Source of the DNA: Gammaproteobacteria bacterium
GTDB taxonomy: Bacteria; Pseudomonadota; Gammaproteobacteria; JABABF01
DNA length: 64,000 bases
Direction: 5' to 3'
Assembly: GCA_965237805.1 (NCBI GenBank)
Contig: OZ250153.1
Coordinates: 1,504,001-1,568,000, forward strand
Shown here one piece after another: positions 31,834-42,568 of the stretch. Both the position numbers and the translations under genes were made by a program. Below the pieces are notes generated by a model that was not told the DNA's origin, did no database searches, and saw only the letters and a program-made list of their open reading frames with translations. The stretch's first letter is position 1; each line of letters begins with the position of its first letter.

Positions 31834-33143
31834 GCCGCTTCGTCGCCGCTCTCTGCCGACTCCTCGTCGTTTTGGTGCAGCGGTAGATAGTGGAGCCGCG
31901 CGCGCTGCACGACATGGCCGCGCACATTGATGATCTCCTCGACGACATAGTCGCCAAGGCGGCAACCGAGTCCGAGCTTGGGGATCAGTTCCATGCGCTC
32001 GATAATCAGACCATTGAGCGTATTGGGTCCGTCGGTAGGCAGCTGCCAGCCCAAGGTGCGATTGATGTCGTGTACCGGGGCACTGGCATCAATGATGAAG
32101 CTGCCGTCAGCTTGGGGGTAGGCAACGCTCAGCCGGGTGTTGCTACCTAGGCCCATCTTGCCGACCATCTCCTCCAAGATGTCGTGCAACGTGACGATAC
32201 CTTGGAAGACGCCGTACTCGTCGACGACGCAACCGGTATTGCTGCGCTGAGTGCGGAAAGCGAGCAGTTGGGCCAGTAGCGGGGTGCCTTCGGGGATAAA
32301 ATACGGCTTTTGCATGACCCGCCGCAAGCGCCGCGCATGCCAAGTTCCCTGGAGCAGCTTGGGCGCATCGCTCAGCGTCAGCATGCCGACAATATTCTCG
32401 TGCTGCTGGAAATGCAGCGGCACCTCGCTCAGGCGACTGTTGTCCAGTTGGCGTTCAAATTCTGCCCGCCCGGACTCGATGTCGATGCTGCGCACCTCGC
32501 TGCGCGGCACCATGATGTGATCCACTGTGGTCTTCTCCAAGTTGAGCAGGTTGAGCAACAGATGGCGGTGCACATCCGGCAGTGCTTGGTTGTCCGGATC
32601 CAACAACAGGATGCGCAGTTCCTCGCGCCCCAGCGTGCCCTCATTGGTGCCGTGCTTTTGCGGGTCGACCCCGAATAGGCCGAGCATCAAGTTGCTCATC
32701 GTGTTCAGCACCCACACGGCTGGCCACAGCAGGTACAACAGTGGCAACAGCACCATGCTGGCGGGGGAGATGAAGGCCTCTGGGTGCAGGGCGGCGGCGG
32801 TCTTGGGACCGATCTCGGCGAAGATGATGATGATCAGCGTCAGCGCGAGGGTGGCCACCGCCACACCGGCATCGCCGAATAGATTGAGCGCCAGTATGGT
32901 GGTGATCGCCGAGGCACTGATATTGACCAAGTTGTTGCCGAGCAGGATCAGCCCGAGCAACCGGTCTTTACGGCGCAACAGGCGGGCGGTGCGCTGCGCC
33001 CCGCGATGCCCCTCACTCACCAGCACCTTGAGCCGGTAACGATCCAGTGCCAGCATCGCCGTTTCGGCACTGGAGAAGAAGCCCGATAGCAACAGCAGGC
33101 CACCCAAGGTGAGTAGCAGTGCGCCGGGGGAGATTTCGCTCAA
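31782..33143 (-). CDS. HlyC/CorC (CNNM+CBS) family transporter, YfjD-like
   Basis: SGFFSSAETA, ILLGNNLVNI, FAEIGPK, IMVPR, VVDEYG...TLHDILEE. Confidence 0.9.
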   Translation of the reverse strand: MSEISPGALLLTLGGLLLLSGFFSSAETAMLALDRYRLKVLVSEGHRGAQRTARLLRRKDRLLGLILLGNNLVNISASAITTILALNLFGDAGVAVATLALTLIIIIFAEIGPKTAAALHPEAFISPASMVLLPLLYLLWPAVWVLNTMSNLMLGLFGVDPQKHGTNEGTLGREELRILLLDPDNQALPDVHRHLLLNLLNLEKTTVDHIMVPRSEVRSIDIESGRAEFERQLDNSRLSEVPLHFQQHENIVGMLTLSDAPKLLQGTWHARRLRRVMQKPYFIPEGTPLLAQLLAFRTQRSNTGCVVDEYGVFQGIVTLHDILEEMVGKMGLGSNTRLSVAYPQADGSFIIDASAPVHDINRTLGWQLPTDGPNTLNGLIIERMELIPKLGLGCRLGDYVVEEIINVRGHVVQRARLHYLPLHQNDEESAESGDEAAQAEALPNSAKRDLAQA

Positions 33144-33253
33144 ATCAATTCAGGTGCCCGCTGGCACGGCCACTACTCGGCGCGAATATCAATCATGTAC
33201 CAGCCGCTTCCGTCTGGCAAGTGCGCCCGGTGGCAGCACCGCCAGACGAAGGC

Positions 33254-34039
33254 CTACAGGGCATCGGCTAGCTGGCCGCCGAAATAGCTCACCAGCAGGC
33301 AGGCGAAGCCGCCCACCACCAGCGCGGTACCGAGTCGCCCGCCCGCCTCGCCGTGGTGGCGCAAGACCAGCAATGTGCCGTAGAGCGCCAGCGCCAGCGC
33401 AGAGAATAGGATTTTCCATCGCAAGCCTGAGTGGAGACCCTGTTCCCCGGGCAGGAACAGCGCTCCGCTCAGCAGTGCCGCCAGTAGCAGCCCGGTGCCC
33501 AGTGCCAGCGTGTGGTCGGCGATTTCGCGTTGGCTCTGCAATGGCGGCAGATAGGGCAACAAGCCGCCGAGGCGGTGCTGTTTAAGTCGTTCCTGTAGAT
33601 GGTGCAGGCACAGCAGCTGCAGTGAGGCGATGCCGAGCAGTGCGAAGGATAGCACCGACAGCAGCACATGCAGCTGGATGCCGCCCCGCCACAGCCGTGG
33701 CGCGTGCTCTCCTGGTAGCACTGCCGCCAGTACCACGGCGACTGCCGCCAGCGGATAGAGCACTAGCAACAGGCGGTCGACCGAAGGGCGCAGGCGGCTG
33801 TAGGCCAGCGCCACGCCGCAGCTGACACAGAGAAATAGCGACAGAGCCTCGCCAGTACCCAGCGATGGCCCGGCGGGGGTTACCACCTGCCGCCACAACA
33901 GGGTGGCGTGACTGAGCACGGCCAGCGCACTGAACGCGAACAGCCACGGTGCGAGGCGGTACGCTGGGGCGCGCCCCAGCGCGAGTCCTTGGGCGGCAGC
34001 GGCGGCGAGGTAGAGTGCGACGGTGGCGGCATGTTGCAT
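33254..34039 (-). CDS. CcsA-family inner membrane protein, YpjD-like
   Basis: Multi-TM protein with HVLLS, LPPL, LLVSYFG; adjacent to the yfjD-like gene as in other gammaproteobacteria. Confidence 0.75.
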   Translation of the reverse strand: MQHAATVALYLAAAAAQGLALGRAPAYRLAPWLFAFSALAVLSHATLLWRQVVTPAGPSLGTGEALSLFLCVSCGVALAYSRLRPSVDRLLLVLYPLAAVAVVLAAVLPGEHAPRLWRGGIQLHVLLSVLSFALLGIASLQLLCLHHLQERLKQHRLGGLLPYLPPLQSQREIADHTLALGTGLLLAALLSGALFLPGEQGLHSGLRWKILFSALALALYGTLLVLRHHGEAGGRLGTALVVGGFACLLVSYFGGQLADAL

Positions 34040-34198
34040 GTCGGCGATTGTAACGCGTCCCTGCTGGTGGGTGCACCGCGCCTCAACACTGCCGCCAGCG
34101 CCGCTTGTGCTATCATTTATCGGCGCTGGCAGGTTCGCGTTGTGGATTCAGAACGCCCCGCTCCCGCCCCCGCCCCGCTACTTTAAAAATGGGATCCG

Positions 34199-36799
34199 AT
34201 GGCGGAATTTGCCAAGGAAGTCCAGCCGGTCAGCATTGAGGACGAGCTGCGCCGCTCCTATCTTGACTACGCGATGAGCGTGATCGTCGGGCGCGCCCTG
34301 CCCGATGTTCGCGATGGCCTCAAGCCGGTGCACCGCCGTGTGCTGTTCGCGATGCGCGAGCTGAATAACAGCTTCAACGAGTCCTACAAGAAATCGGCGC
34401 GCGTCGTCGGCGATGTGATCGGTAAATACCATCCACATGGTGACTCTGCTGTCTACGATGCCATCGTGCGCATGGCGCAGCCCTTTTCGTTGCGCTATCT
34501 GCTGGTTGATGGCCAGGGCAACTTCGGCTCGGTGGACGGCGATTCCCCGGCGGCGATGCGCTACACCGAGGTGCGCATGACGCGCTTGGCCGGTGAGCTG
34601 TTGGCCGATATCGAACACGATACGGTCGACTTTGTTCCCAACTACGATGCCAGCGAACAGATGCCGTCGGTGTTGCCAGCGCGGGTGCCGAACCTGCTCA
34701 TCAACGGTGCCGCCGGTATCGCTGTCGGTATGGCGACCAATATTCCGCCGCACAATCTGGCCGAGGTCATCGCCGCCTGCTTGGCCCTGATCGATGACCC
34801 CGAGCTGGACTGCGAGCAGCTGATGGAATGCCTGCCCGGGCCAGATCTGCCCACCGCTGGCATCATCAATGGCTGTGCTGGCATCCGCCGCGCCTACCGC
34901 GAGGGGCGTGGCAGCATGCGCATCCGCGCCCGCGCCGAGCTGATCACGCCCGCCGATGCCGGTGGGCGTCAGCACATCGTCGTCAGCGAGATTCCCTATC
35001 AGGTCAACAAAGCGCGCTTGGTGGAGCGCATCGCCGCCTTGGTGCGCGCACGCAAATTGACTGGCATCAGCGAGCTGCGTGACGAATCGGACAAGGATGG
35101 TGTGCGCATCGTCATCGAGCTGCGGCGGGGCGAGATGGGGGATGTATTGCTCAACCGCCTCTACGCACTGACCGCGCTGGAGGTCTCCTTTGGCATCAAC
35201 ATGGTGGCGCTGGTGGATGGGGTGCCGCAGCGTTGCAATTTGAAGCAGCTGCTGGAGTATTTTCTCGCCCACCGCCGCGAGGTGATTACGCGGCGCTCGC
35301 TACATTTGCTGCGCAAGGCGCGGCTGCGCACGCGTTTGCTAGAGGGCTTGCTGGTCGCCTCGGCCAATATTGATGCCGTGGTCGAGTTGGTCCGCAAGGC
35401 GCCGTCGCCAGCGGTGGCGCGCGAGAGTTTGATGGGCTGCACTTGGCCGTGTCCAGTCGCTCAGTTGGCCGACCCGGCGTTGTTGCGCGACGAGCTCGAG
35501 CTCGCTGAGCCCACCGCTGAGCCCACCGCTGAGCCTCTGCGCGGCGAATACCAACTCTCCGAGCCCCAAGCCAATGCGATTCTCGAATTGCGTTTGCAGC
35601 GGCTGACCGGCTTGGAGCAGGGCAAAATTCTCGACGAGTACCACAAGAAAGTCGCGGAGATCGGCGGGCTACTGGAGATTCTGCGCGATCCCGACCGTCT
35701 GACCACGGTGCTGCGCGCCGAGCTGCACGAATTGCTCGAGCGCTATGGTGACGAGCGCCGCACCGAGCTGGTTGAGCACCAAGAGGATTTGGAGGAAGAA
35801 GACCTGATCCCGGACGAGCCGCGCATCGTCACCGTCAGCCGAGATGGCTACGCGCTGGCTCAGTCGCCGGACGAATTCCGTGCCCAGCGCCGCGGTGGCA
35901 CCGGCAAACAGGGTGCCGGTGTCGGCACCGAGGACTTGATGGCGACGTTGCTGGTGGCGCGCAGCCACAACACCCTGCTGTGTTTCAGCGATCATGGCCG
36001 CGTCTACTGGCTCAAGGTTTACCGCATCCCGATGGCCTCGCGTGGCACCCGCGGGCGCCCCTTGGTCAATCTGTTGTCGCTGGCCGACGGTGAGCGCGTG
36101 ACGGCTCTGCTACCGGTGTCGTCTTTTGAGGTTCCGGGCTGGGTACTGTTGGCGACCGCCCAAGGGCGCATCAAAAAAGTGCCGCTCAGCGCTTTCTCGC
36201 GTCCGCGCACCAGCGGTGTGCGCGCTATCGGTCTGTTGCCCGGCGACGAACTGGTGGCGGCACGGCTCAGTGAGACCGACGAGAGCCTGATGATGTTTGG
36301 CAGCAATGGGAAGGGCATCCGCTTCTCGACGGCGGAGGTGCGCGCCCAGCACCGCCCGGCGCGCGGTGTCATCGGTCTGCGCCTGCCGCCCGGCCAGCGC
36401 TTGGTGGCGATGGTGCTGGAACTGTCCCGAGCGGGAACGATGCTGATCGGTGTCACGCAGGCAGGTTATGGCAAGCTATTGCGTTGCGACGACTTCCCCC
36501 ATCGGCATCGCGGCGGGCAGGGGGTGATCGCGCTGCGTGTCGGCAAGCGCAACGGTGCGCTGGTCGCCGTATTGCCGGTGCAGCCCGGTGGCGAAGCCTG
36601 GGTGGTCAGCGATCGCGGCACTTTGCTGCGTATCCCGATCGACGAGGTACCTGTCTTGGGGCGCGGTGCCGCCGGGGTGCGCATCGCACGTCTGCGCAGC
36701 GCCGAGCAGGTGGCCGATGTGGCCTGTTTCCACAGCGTGTCTGCTGACGCTGAGGTGGCGTCGAGCGAAGCCGCCGCCGGGGATGCCGACCGGGCATGA
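34199..36799 (+). CDS. gyrA: DNA gyrase subunit A
   Basis: [43 protein letters not shown], GyrA-box variant QRRGGTG. Confidence 0.96.
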   Translation: MAEFAKEVQPVSIEDELRRSYLDYAMSVIVGRALPDVRDGLKPVHRRVLFAMRELNNSFNESYKKSARVVGDVIGKYHPHGDSAVYDAIVRMAQPFSLRYLLVDGQGNFGSVDGDSPAAMRYTEVRMTRLAGELLADIEHDTVDFVPNYDASEQMPSVLPARVPNLLINGAAGIAVGMATNIPPHNLAEVIAACLALIDDPELDCEQLMECLPGPDLPTAGIINGCAGIRRAYREGRGSMRIRARAELITPADAGGRQHIVVSEIPYQVNKARLVERIAALVRARKLTGISELRDESDKDGVRIVIELRRGEMGDVLLNRLYALTALEVSFGINMVALVDGVPQRCNLKQLLEYFLAHRREVITRRSLHLLRKARLRTRLLEGLLVASANIDAVVELVRKAPSPAVARESLMGCTWPCPVAQLADPALLRDELELAEPTAEPTAEPLRGEYQLSEPQANAILELRLQRLTGLEQGKILDEYHKKVAEIGGLLEILRDPDRLTTVLRAELHELLERYGDERRTELVEHQEDLEEEDLIPDEPRIVTVSRDGYALAQSPDEFRAQRRGGTGKQGAGVGTEDLMATLLVARSHNTLLCFSDHGRVYWLKVYRIPMASRGTRGRPLVNLLSLADGERVTALLPVSSFEVPGWVLLATAQGRIKKVPLSAFSRPRTSGVRAIGLLPGDELVAARLSETDESLMMFGSNGKGIRFSTAEVRAQHRPARGVIGLRLPPGQRLVAMVLELSRAGTMLIGVTQAGYGKLLRCDDFPHRHRGGQGVIALRVGKRNGALVAVLPVQPGGEAWVVSDRGTLLRIPIDEVPVLGRGAAGVRIARLRSAEQVADVACFHSVSADAEVASSEAAAGDADRA
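35503..35535 (+). repeat. 12-bp in-frame tandem repeat in gyrA (AEPT)
   Basis: cgctgagcccac x2 plus cgctgagcc. Confidence 0.85.
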
Positions 36800-37893
36800 G
36801 CCGACCATTCAATTTTGCTGCTGGGCCAGCCGCCCTGCCCGAGGCGGTACTCGAGCGCGCACGTGAGGAGTTGCTCGACTGGCAGCACAGTGGTGGCTCG
36901 GTGTTGGAGCTCAGCCACCGCAGTGAGGCCTTCGTCGAGCTGGCCACCGCAACCGAGCGAAAGTTGCGGGCGTTGTTGGCTTTGCCAGAGGATTTTGCCG
37001 TGTTGTTCCTGCATGGCGGCGCACGCGGGCAGTTCGCCGCCGTGCCGATGAATTTACTCGGTGCGACCGATGGTGCTGACTACCTGCACAGCGGCTACTG
37101 GGCCGCCGGTGCCATCGATGAGGCGCGGCGCTACTGTGTGCCACACACCGTCGATGTGCGCTGTCGCCGCGAGGGGCGCGCTGCCCTCGACGACTTGTCG
37201 GATTGGCGACCGTCATCCGGTGCTGCCTATGTGCACTACACCGCCAACGAGACCATCGGCGGTCTGCAGTTCCAGACGCCGCCGGACACCGGTGTAGACC
37301 CACTCACTTTGCCTTTGGTGGCCGATATGTCCTCCGAATTGCTGACGCGGCGCTTAGATTGGAGCCGCTTGGGGCTGGTCTATGCCTGTGCGCAGAAGAA
37401 CTTGGGGCCAGCTGGCCTGACGGTGGTGCTGGTGCGCCGCGCATTGTTTGGCCGCGCTCGTCCCGAGACACCGAGTGTGTTGCACTACCAGTGTGTGGAC
37501 GCGGCCTCCTCGATGCAGAATACCCCGCCGGTCTTCTCTTGGTATATCACTGCGCTGATGCTGCGCTGGATCGGGGAGCAGGGCGGTTTGGATGCCATGG
37601 AGCAGTGTGTCCAGCGCAAGTCCGCACAGCTCTACGCGGCGCTGGATCAGAGTGATTTTTACGACAATCCGGTACATCCTAGCAGCCGTTCCCGCACCAG
37701 TGTGCCCTTCCTGCTGGCCAAGCCCGAGTTGGAGGGTGATTTTCTGCGCGAGTCGACGCATGCGGGCTTGCTCAACCTCAAAGGCCATCGCTCGGTCGGA
37801 GGTATGCGCGCTTGTCTCTACAACGGGGTGCCCGAGCAGGCGGTTGCCGCACTGGTGGAATTCATGGCCGATTTCGAGCGGCGACGGGGTTGA
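36796..37893 (+). CDS. serC: Phosphoserine aminotransferase
   Basis: [37 protein letters not shown]. Confidence 0.96.
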   Translation: MSRPFNFAAGPAALPEAVLERAREELLDWQHSGGSVLELSHRSEAFVELATATERKLRALLALPEDFAVLFLHGGARGQFAAVPMNLLGATDGADYLHSGYWAAGAIDEARRYCVPHTVDVRCRREGRAALDDLSDWRPSSGAAYVHYTANETIGGLQFQTPPDTGVDPLTLPLVADMSSELLTRRLDWSRLGLVYACAQKNLGPAGLTVVLVRRALFGRARPETPSVLHYQCVDAASSMQNTPPVFSWYITALMLRWIGEQGGLDAMEQCVQRKSAQLYAALDQSDFYDNPVHPSSRSRTSVPFLLAKPELEGDFLRESTHAGLLNLKGHRSVGGMRACLYNGVPEQAVAALVEFMADFERRRG

Positions 37894-38014
37894 GCGCCGT
37901 CTCCAGCCGCTGTAGCGCAAAGCCCGACTGAGTCGTCGTATGGTGCCTATGGAAATGGCTCAGCGCGGGTGCCGCACCCTATAATACCGCCTTGGGAATA
38001 TCGGGATTTGTGCT

Positions 38015-39103
38015 TTGACCGTGTCGGATGCTGCACGAGAATTGGAGCGCCTGCGCGCTGTGGTGGACAGCGTCGATGACCAGTTGCTGGTCTTGTTGCA
38101 GCGCCGCGCACAGCTGGCACTGGAGATCGGCGCAGCCAAACGCGCCCACGGCTTGGCACCCGAGGCATTCCACTCCCCGGTGCGCGAACGGGCCGTGGTG
38201 CAGCGCTTGGTCGATGCCGCCGATGGCTCCTTGCCGATCGGCGAGCTGGAGACGATTTTTCGTGCCATCATGGTCGCCAGCCTGCGCCTACAGCAGCCGC
38301 AGGCGGTGGCCTTCCTCGGTCCCAGCGGGACTTTCAGCGAGGAAGCTCTGATTGCGCATTTTGGTGCCGACGCGCCGGGTCTGGCCTGCACCACCATCGC
38401 CGAAGTGTTCCGTGCGGTGGTCTCGGAGGAGGTGGATTACGGCTTGGTGCCGCTGGAGAACTCCACTGGTGGTGTCGTCAGTGCCACGCTCGCCAGCTTG
38501 CGCGAATCCAGTCTGCTGCTCCAAGGCGAACGCCAGCTGCCGGTGCGCCTGCACCTGCTGGCCGCCGCCGAGGGCCCCGCTGTGCCGAGCTGCATCGCCG
38601 GTCACAGCCAGGCTCTGTCTCAGTGTCGGCGTTGGCTCGACCAGCACTGGCCAGGTATTCCGCGCCAAGCGGTGGAGAGTAGCGGTGAGGCGGCTCGCCA
38701 AGCCAGCGAGCAGGGCGGGCTGTTCGCTGTTGCTGGCAGCTTGGCCGAGCGCAGCCACACCCTGCGCGCCGTTGCCCGCAATATCCATGACGAGGCGGAT
38801 AACACCACTCGCTTTGTGGTCTTGGGACGGTATCCGGTGCCAGCTAGCGGTCGCGACCGCAGCTCGGTCCTGATCACTCTGCGCGATCGTAGCGGTGCCC
38901 TGCGCGACGCGCTGAGCCCCTTCGCCGATGCCGGCATTTCGCTGAGTCATTTGAGCAGCCACCCATGGCAGAGCGGCTACAGCTTCCTGCTCGAATTCGC
39001 TGGTCATCGCGATGACCGTGCCGTCGCCGCCACGCTCGCGGCTGTCGAGCGTCACTGTGCGTTGATGAAGGTACTCGGCTCCTATCCTCAGGCGAGCGAT
39101 TGA
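38015..39103 (+). CDS. pheA: Chorismate mutase/prephenate dehydratase
   Basis: N-terminal AroQ domain, FLGPSGTFS, PLENSTGG, NTTRF, ACT domain. Confidence 0.93.
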   Translation: MTVSDAARELERLRAVVDSVDDQLLVLLQRRAQLALEIGAAKRAHGLAPEAFHSPVRERAVVQRLVDAADGSLPIGELETIFRAIMVASLRLQQPQAVAFLGPSGTFSEEALIAHFGADAPGLACTTIAEVFRAVVSEEVDYGLVPLENSTGGVVSATLASLRESSLLLQGERQLPVRLHLLAAAEGPAVPSCIAGHSQALSQCRRWLDQHWPGIPRQAVESSGEAARQASEQGGLFAVAGSLAERSHTLRAVARNIHDEADNTTRFVVLGRYPVPASGRDRSSVLITLRDRSGALRDALSPFADAGISLSHLSSHPWQSGYSFLLEFAGHRDDRAVAATLAAVERHCALMKVLGSYPQASD

Positions 39104-40230
39104 TGGCGGTAGATCTTGCCGCGCTGGCCAACCCCGGCGCGGCGCGTCTGCGTCCCTACCGTCCCGGTATGCCAGAGGAGCAATTGCACCGCTGTCTCGG
39201 CTTGCCCGCCAGCTCCATCCTCAAGCTGGCCAGCAACGAAAACCCCTTGGGGCCGTCGCCACGCGCCGTCGCCGCGCTGCGCGGCGAGCTCGCCACCTTG
39301 CACCGCTATCCCGATGCCAGCGGCGATGCACTGAAGCGGGCGCTGGCCGAGCGACTTGAGGTGGATGCCGAGCGCGTCGTGCTCGGCTGTGGCTCCAACG
39401 AGTTGCTGTTGCTGTTGGCGCAGTGCTTTCTGTCGGCTGACAACTCGGCGATCTATTCTCAGCACGCATTCGTCGTCTACCCGATCGCGGTCGCGCTCAG
39501 CGGTGCCGAGGCGCTGGTGGCACCAGCGCGTGATTGGGGCGCGGATCCGGTCGCCATACTGCGCCTATTGCGTGCCGACACCCGCTTGGTCTACCTCGCC
39601 AACCCCAACAATCCCACCGGTACTTGGCTCGGTGCCGAGGCGCTTTTTCAGCTGCTGTCGGCGTTGCCGCCAGAGGTCATTTTGGTGTTGGACGAGGCCT
39701 ATTGCGAGTATGCTGAGTCGCCCGACTATCCGGATGGCATCGACCTGACGCGCCGTTTCCACAACTTGGTGTTGACCCGGACTTTTTCCAAGCTCCACGG
39801 CCTCGCTGGTCTGCGCGTGGGCTATGCGGTCGCCGACCCAGCCATCGCCGAGCTATTGGAGCGAGTGAGGGCACCATTCAGTGTCTCTTCTGTGGGTCAG
39901 CTGGCGGCGCTGGCCGCGCTGGACGACGCGGTTCACCAGCGCCGTAGCCGCGCCGTCAACCGTGCTGGCCATGAGCAGCTGCTGGACGGTTTGGCAGCTC
40001 TCGGGCTGCCGGTCATCCCCTCGGCTGGCAATTTCCTCTGCTTTGCCGTGCCAGATGGTGATGCTGGTGCCGCGCGCGTGTATGCCGCCCTGCTCGCCGC
40101 CGGTGTCATCGTGCGTCCGGTGGCCGAGGACTACGACTTGTCAGCGCGGCTGCGCGTCACCATCGGCACCGAGGCCGATAACCAGCGCTTCCTCAAGGCG
40201 CTGGCCGCCGCCCTCGGCAGCCAGCGCTGA
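39103..40230 (+). CDS. hisC: Histidinol-phosphate/aromatic aminotransferase
   Basis: KLASNENPLG, NPNNPTG, LDEAY, RTFSKLHGLAGLRVGY. Confidence 0.93.
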   Translation: MAVDLAALANPGAARLRPYRPGMPEEQLHRCLGLPASSILKLASNENPLGPSPRAVAALRGELATLHRYPDASGDALKRALAERLEVDAERVVLGCGSNELLLLLAQCFLSADNSAIYSQHAFVVYPIAVALSGAEALVAPARDWGADPVAILRLLRADTRLVYLANPNNPTGTWLGAEALFQLLSALPPEVILVLDEAYCEYAESPDYPDGIDLTRRFHNLVLTRTFSKLHGLAGLRVGYAVADPAIAELLERVRAPFSVSSVGQLAALAALDDAVHQRRSRAVNRAGHEQLLDGLAALGLPVIPSAGNFLCFAVPDGDAGAARVYAALLAAGVIVRPVAEDYDLSARLRVTIGTEADNQRFLKALAAALGSQR

Positions 40231-40235
40231 GCGTC

Positions 40236-41243
40236 ATGTCGGGTCGTTTGGTCATCGTCGGCTTGGGGCTGATCGGCGCTTCGGTGGCCGCCGCCGCACG
40301 CGAGCGCCGGCACGGTGGACAGATTGTCGGCTGGGACAACTCGCCAGCGGCGGCGCGCGCCGCCTTGGATGCCAGCTTGGTCGATTGTGTCGTTGACGAT
40401 GCGGCTGCACTGCGGGCTGGGGACTTGGTCTTGTTGGCGGTGCCGCCGAGTGCGGTGCCGTCGGTATTTGCAGCGCTGGCGCAGCGTTCCGGGGTGCCGT
40501 TGGAGCAGCTGGTGATCAGCGACTGCGCCAGTGTCAAAGTCTGTGTGGTCGAGGCGGCACTGGATTTGTTTGGGCGGATGCCGCCGACACTGATCCCCGG
40601 GCACCCCTTGGCCGGTTCCGAGCGCAGCGGTGCGGCGGCGGCGGATGCCGCCTTGTTTGATGGGCATCGCGTGGTGCTGTGCCCGGCGGTGGATGCCGCA
40701 CCGGCCGCGCTGGCGCGTGTCGAGACGCTGTGGCGCGCACTGGGTGCCGAGCCGGTGCGGTTGGATGCGGCCGAGCACGACGAGCTGTTGGCACGCACCA
40801 GCCATCTGCCACATGTGGCAGCCCGCGCGCTGAGTTCGGTCGGCGCCAAGCTGCGTATCGCCACCAGCAATCCCTCCCTGTGGCGAGATATCGAGCACGC
40901 CAATCGTGCGCCACTGGCGGCGGCGTTGCGCGACCACCACCGTCAGCTGCGCAGTCTGGCGCGTGTCGCCGCTGCCGGTACCACACGCTGTGCTGAGCGC
41001 TTTGAAGCGGCGGCAGCGCTGTGTCGCCGCTTGGGTTTGGATGCCGCTGCCGCCGTCGATGCCGTGCCGCTGCAGCGCTTGGTGGCGGTGGCGGTGTTGG
41101 AATGCTTGCCGCAGCGCAGCGATGTGCTGTCTTATGCCGCTGGTGGGCTGCGCGACATCGCCGCTGCCGCCGCCGCGCCGCTGCCGGGTGTGGCGGTGGA
41201 TGAGCGCTCGTTGCAGCGCTATGTGGTGGCGCTCGCCGCCTGA
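40236..41243 (+). CDS. tyrA: Prephenate/cyclohexadienyl dehydrogenase with rearranged C-terminus
   Basis: GLGLIGAS, DCASVK, GHPLAGSE, HD...SHLPH, RIA..P.LWRDI; position between hisC and aroA. Confidence 0.85.
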   Translation: MSGRLVIVGLGLIGASVAAAARERRHGGQIVGWDNSPAAARAALDASLVDCVVDDAAALRAGDLVLLAVPPSAVPSVFAALAQRSGVPLEQLVISDCASVKVCVVEAALDLFGRMPPTLIPGHPLAGSERSGAAAADAALFDGHRVVLCPAVDAAPAALARVETLWRALGAEPVRLDAAEHDELLARTSHLPHVAARALSSVGAKLRIATSNPSLWRDIEHANRAPLAAALRDHHRQLRSLARVAAAGTTRCAERFEAAAALCRRLGLDAAAAVDAVPLQRLVAVAVLECLPQRSDVLSYAAGGLRDIAAAAAAPLPGVAVDERSLQRYVVALAA

Positions 41244-41253
41244 GTGACGGGCG

Positions 41254-42564
41254 GTGAGTTCCTATCTGGTCGAGCCGGGCGGTGCCCTGCGCGGCGAGCT
41301 GCGCGTGCCGGGTGACAAATCGATCTCGCACCGAGCCGTGATGTTGGCTGCCATCGCTGAGGGAGAGACCCACATCGGCGGTTTTCTGTGCAGCGAGGAT
41401 TGTCTGGCCACGCTGGCGGCGGTGCGTGCGCTCGGCGTCGCCTGCGAGGGCCCCGGCGCGGGTGGCGAGCTGCGCATTGTCGGGCGTGGGCGGGCCGCCC
41501 TGCGTGCCCCTGATCACAGCTTGGACTTGGGCAATTCCGGCACCTCGATGCGCCTGTTGGCAGGGCTTTTGGCACCCTGTCCTTTCGCCGTCGTACTGGA
41601 CGGCGACAGCTCGCTACGGCGGCGGCCGATGGAGCGCATCGCGGTGCCGCTACGGCGCATGGGCGCGGTGGTGGAGACCGCCCCGGGCGGCACCGCGCCG
41701 ATCCGCTTGGCCGGTGTCGGTAGCGCGCTGTTGGCGATTCGCTGGTGCCTGCCGGTGGCCAGCGCCCAGCTCAAGTCCTGCCTGCTGCTGGCCGCTCTCG
41801 GTGCGGACGGTGAGACGCTGATCGAGGAGCCAGCACCCAGCCGCGACCACAGTGAGCGCTTGCTCGCACGGTATGGTCGCCCGACGCGGTACCGGGACGG
41901 TGCGCTGGCTATTGTCGGCGGGCCGCTGCGCGGCGATGTCGACTTGCAGCTACCGGGCGATATTTCCTCAGCCATGTTTCTGCTGGTCGGTGCCAGCCTC
42001 ACGCCCGGTTCGGAACTGCTGTTGCGCGGTGTTGGGGTCAATCCCTCCCGCACTGGCGGTTTGGACATTTTGCGCGCCATGGGTGCCGATCTGGGCGTGC
42101 ATGCAGTGCGCGATCAAGGCGGTGAGCCGGTGGCCGATATCTCGGTGCGCCACGCGCCGCTGCACGGCATCCGCATTGATCCGGCGGCGGTGCCCGGTAG
42201 CATCGATGAATTCCCGGCGCTGTGTGTGGCAGCCGCCGCTGCCAGCGGGGTCACCGAATTCGACGGTGCCAGCGAGCTGCGCCACAAAGAGAGCGACCGC
42301 CTGCGGAGCATGGCGCTCGCTCTCGCTGCACTGGGCATCGAAGTCGAGGAGCGCGCGGCGGGCTTGGCGATTCGTGGCGGGCAGCTGGGTGCCGGGCGCA
42401 TCCACAGTGCTGGCGACCACCGCGTGGCGCTGGCCTTTGCCTGCGCTGCCGGTGCCGCCCGCGGCACCATATGCATCGATGACTGCGATAATGTGCGCAC
42501 TTCATGGCCGGATTTCGCCGCCGATGCGGCGGCTCTCGGCTTGCCGTTGACGGTGGTGAGCTGA
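41254..42564 (+). CDS. aroA: EPSP synthase
   Basis: PGDKSISHRA, GNSGTSMRL, SAQLKS, RHKESDR, DHRVA. Confidence 0.96.
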   Translation: MSSYLVEPGGALRGELRVPGDKSISHRAVMLAAIAEGETHIGGFLCSEDCLATLAAVRALGVACEGPGAGGELRIVGRGRAALRAPDHSLDLGNSGTSMRLLAGLLAPCPFAVVLDGDSSLRRRPMERIAVPLRRMGAVVETAPGGTAPIRLAGVGSALLAIRWCLPVASAQLKSCLLLAALGADGETLIEEPAPSRDHSERLLARYGRPTRYRDGALAIVGGPLRGDVDLQLPGDISSAMFLLVGASLTPGSELLLRGVGVNPSRTGGLDILRAMGADLGVHAVRDQGGEPVADISVRHAPLHGIRIDPAAVPGSIDEFPALCVAAAAASGVTEFDGASELRHKESDRLRSMALALAALGIEVEERAAGLAIRGGQLGAGRIHSAGDHRVALAFACAAGAARGTICIDDCDNVRTSWPDFAADAAALGLPLTVVS

Positions 42565-42568
42565 GCCG

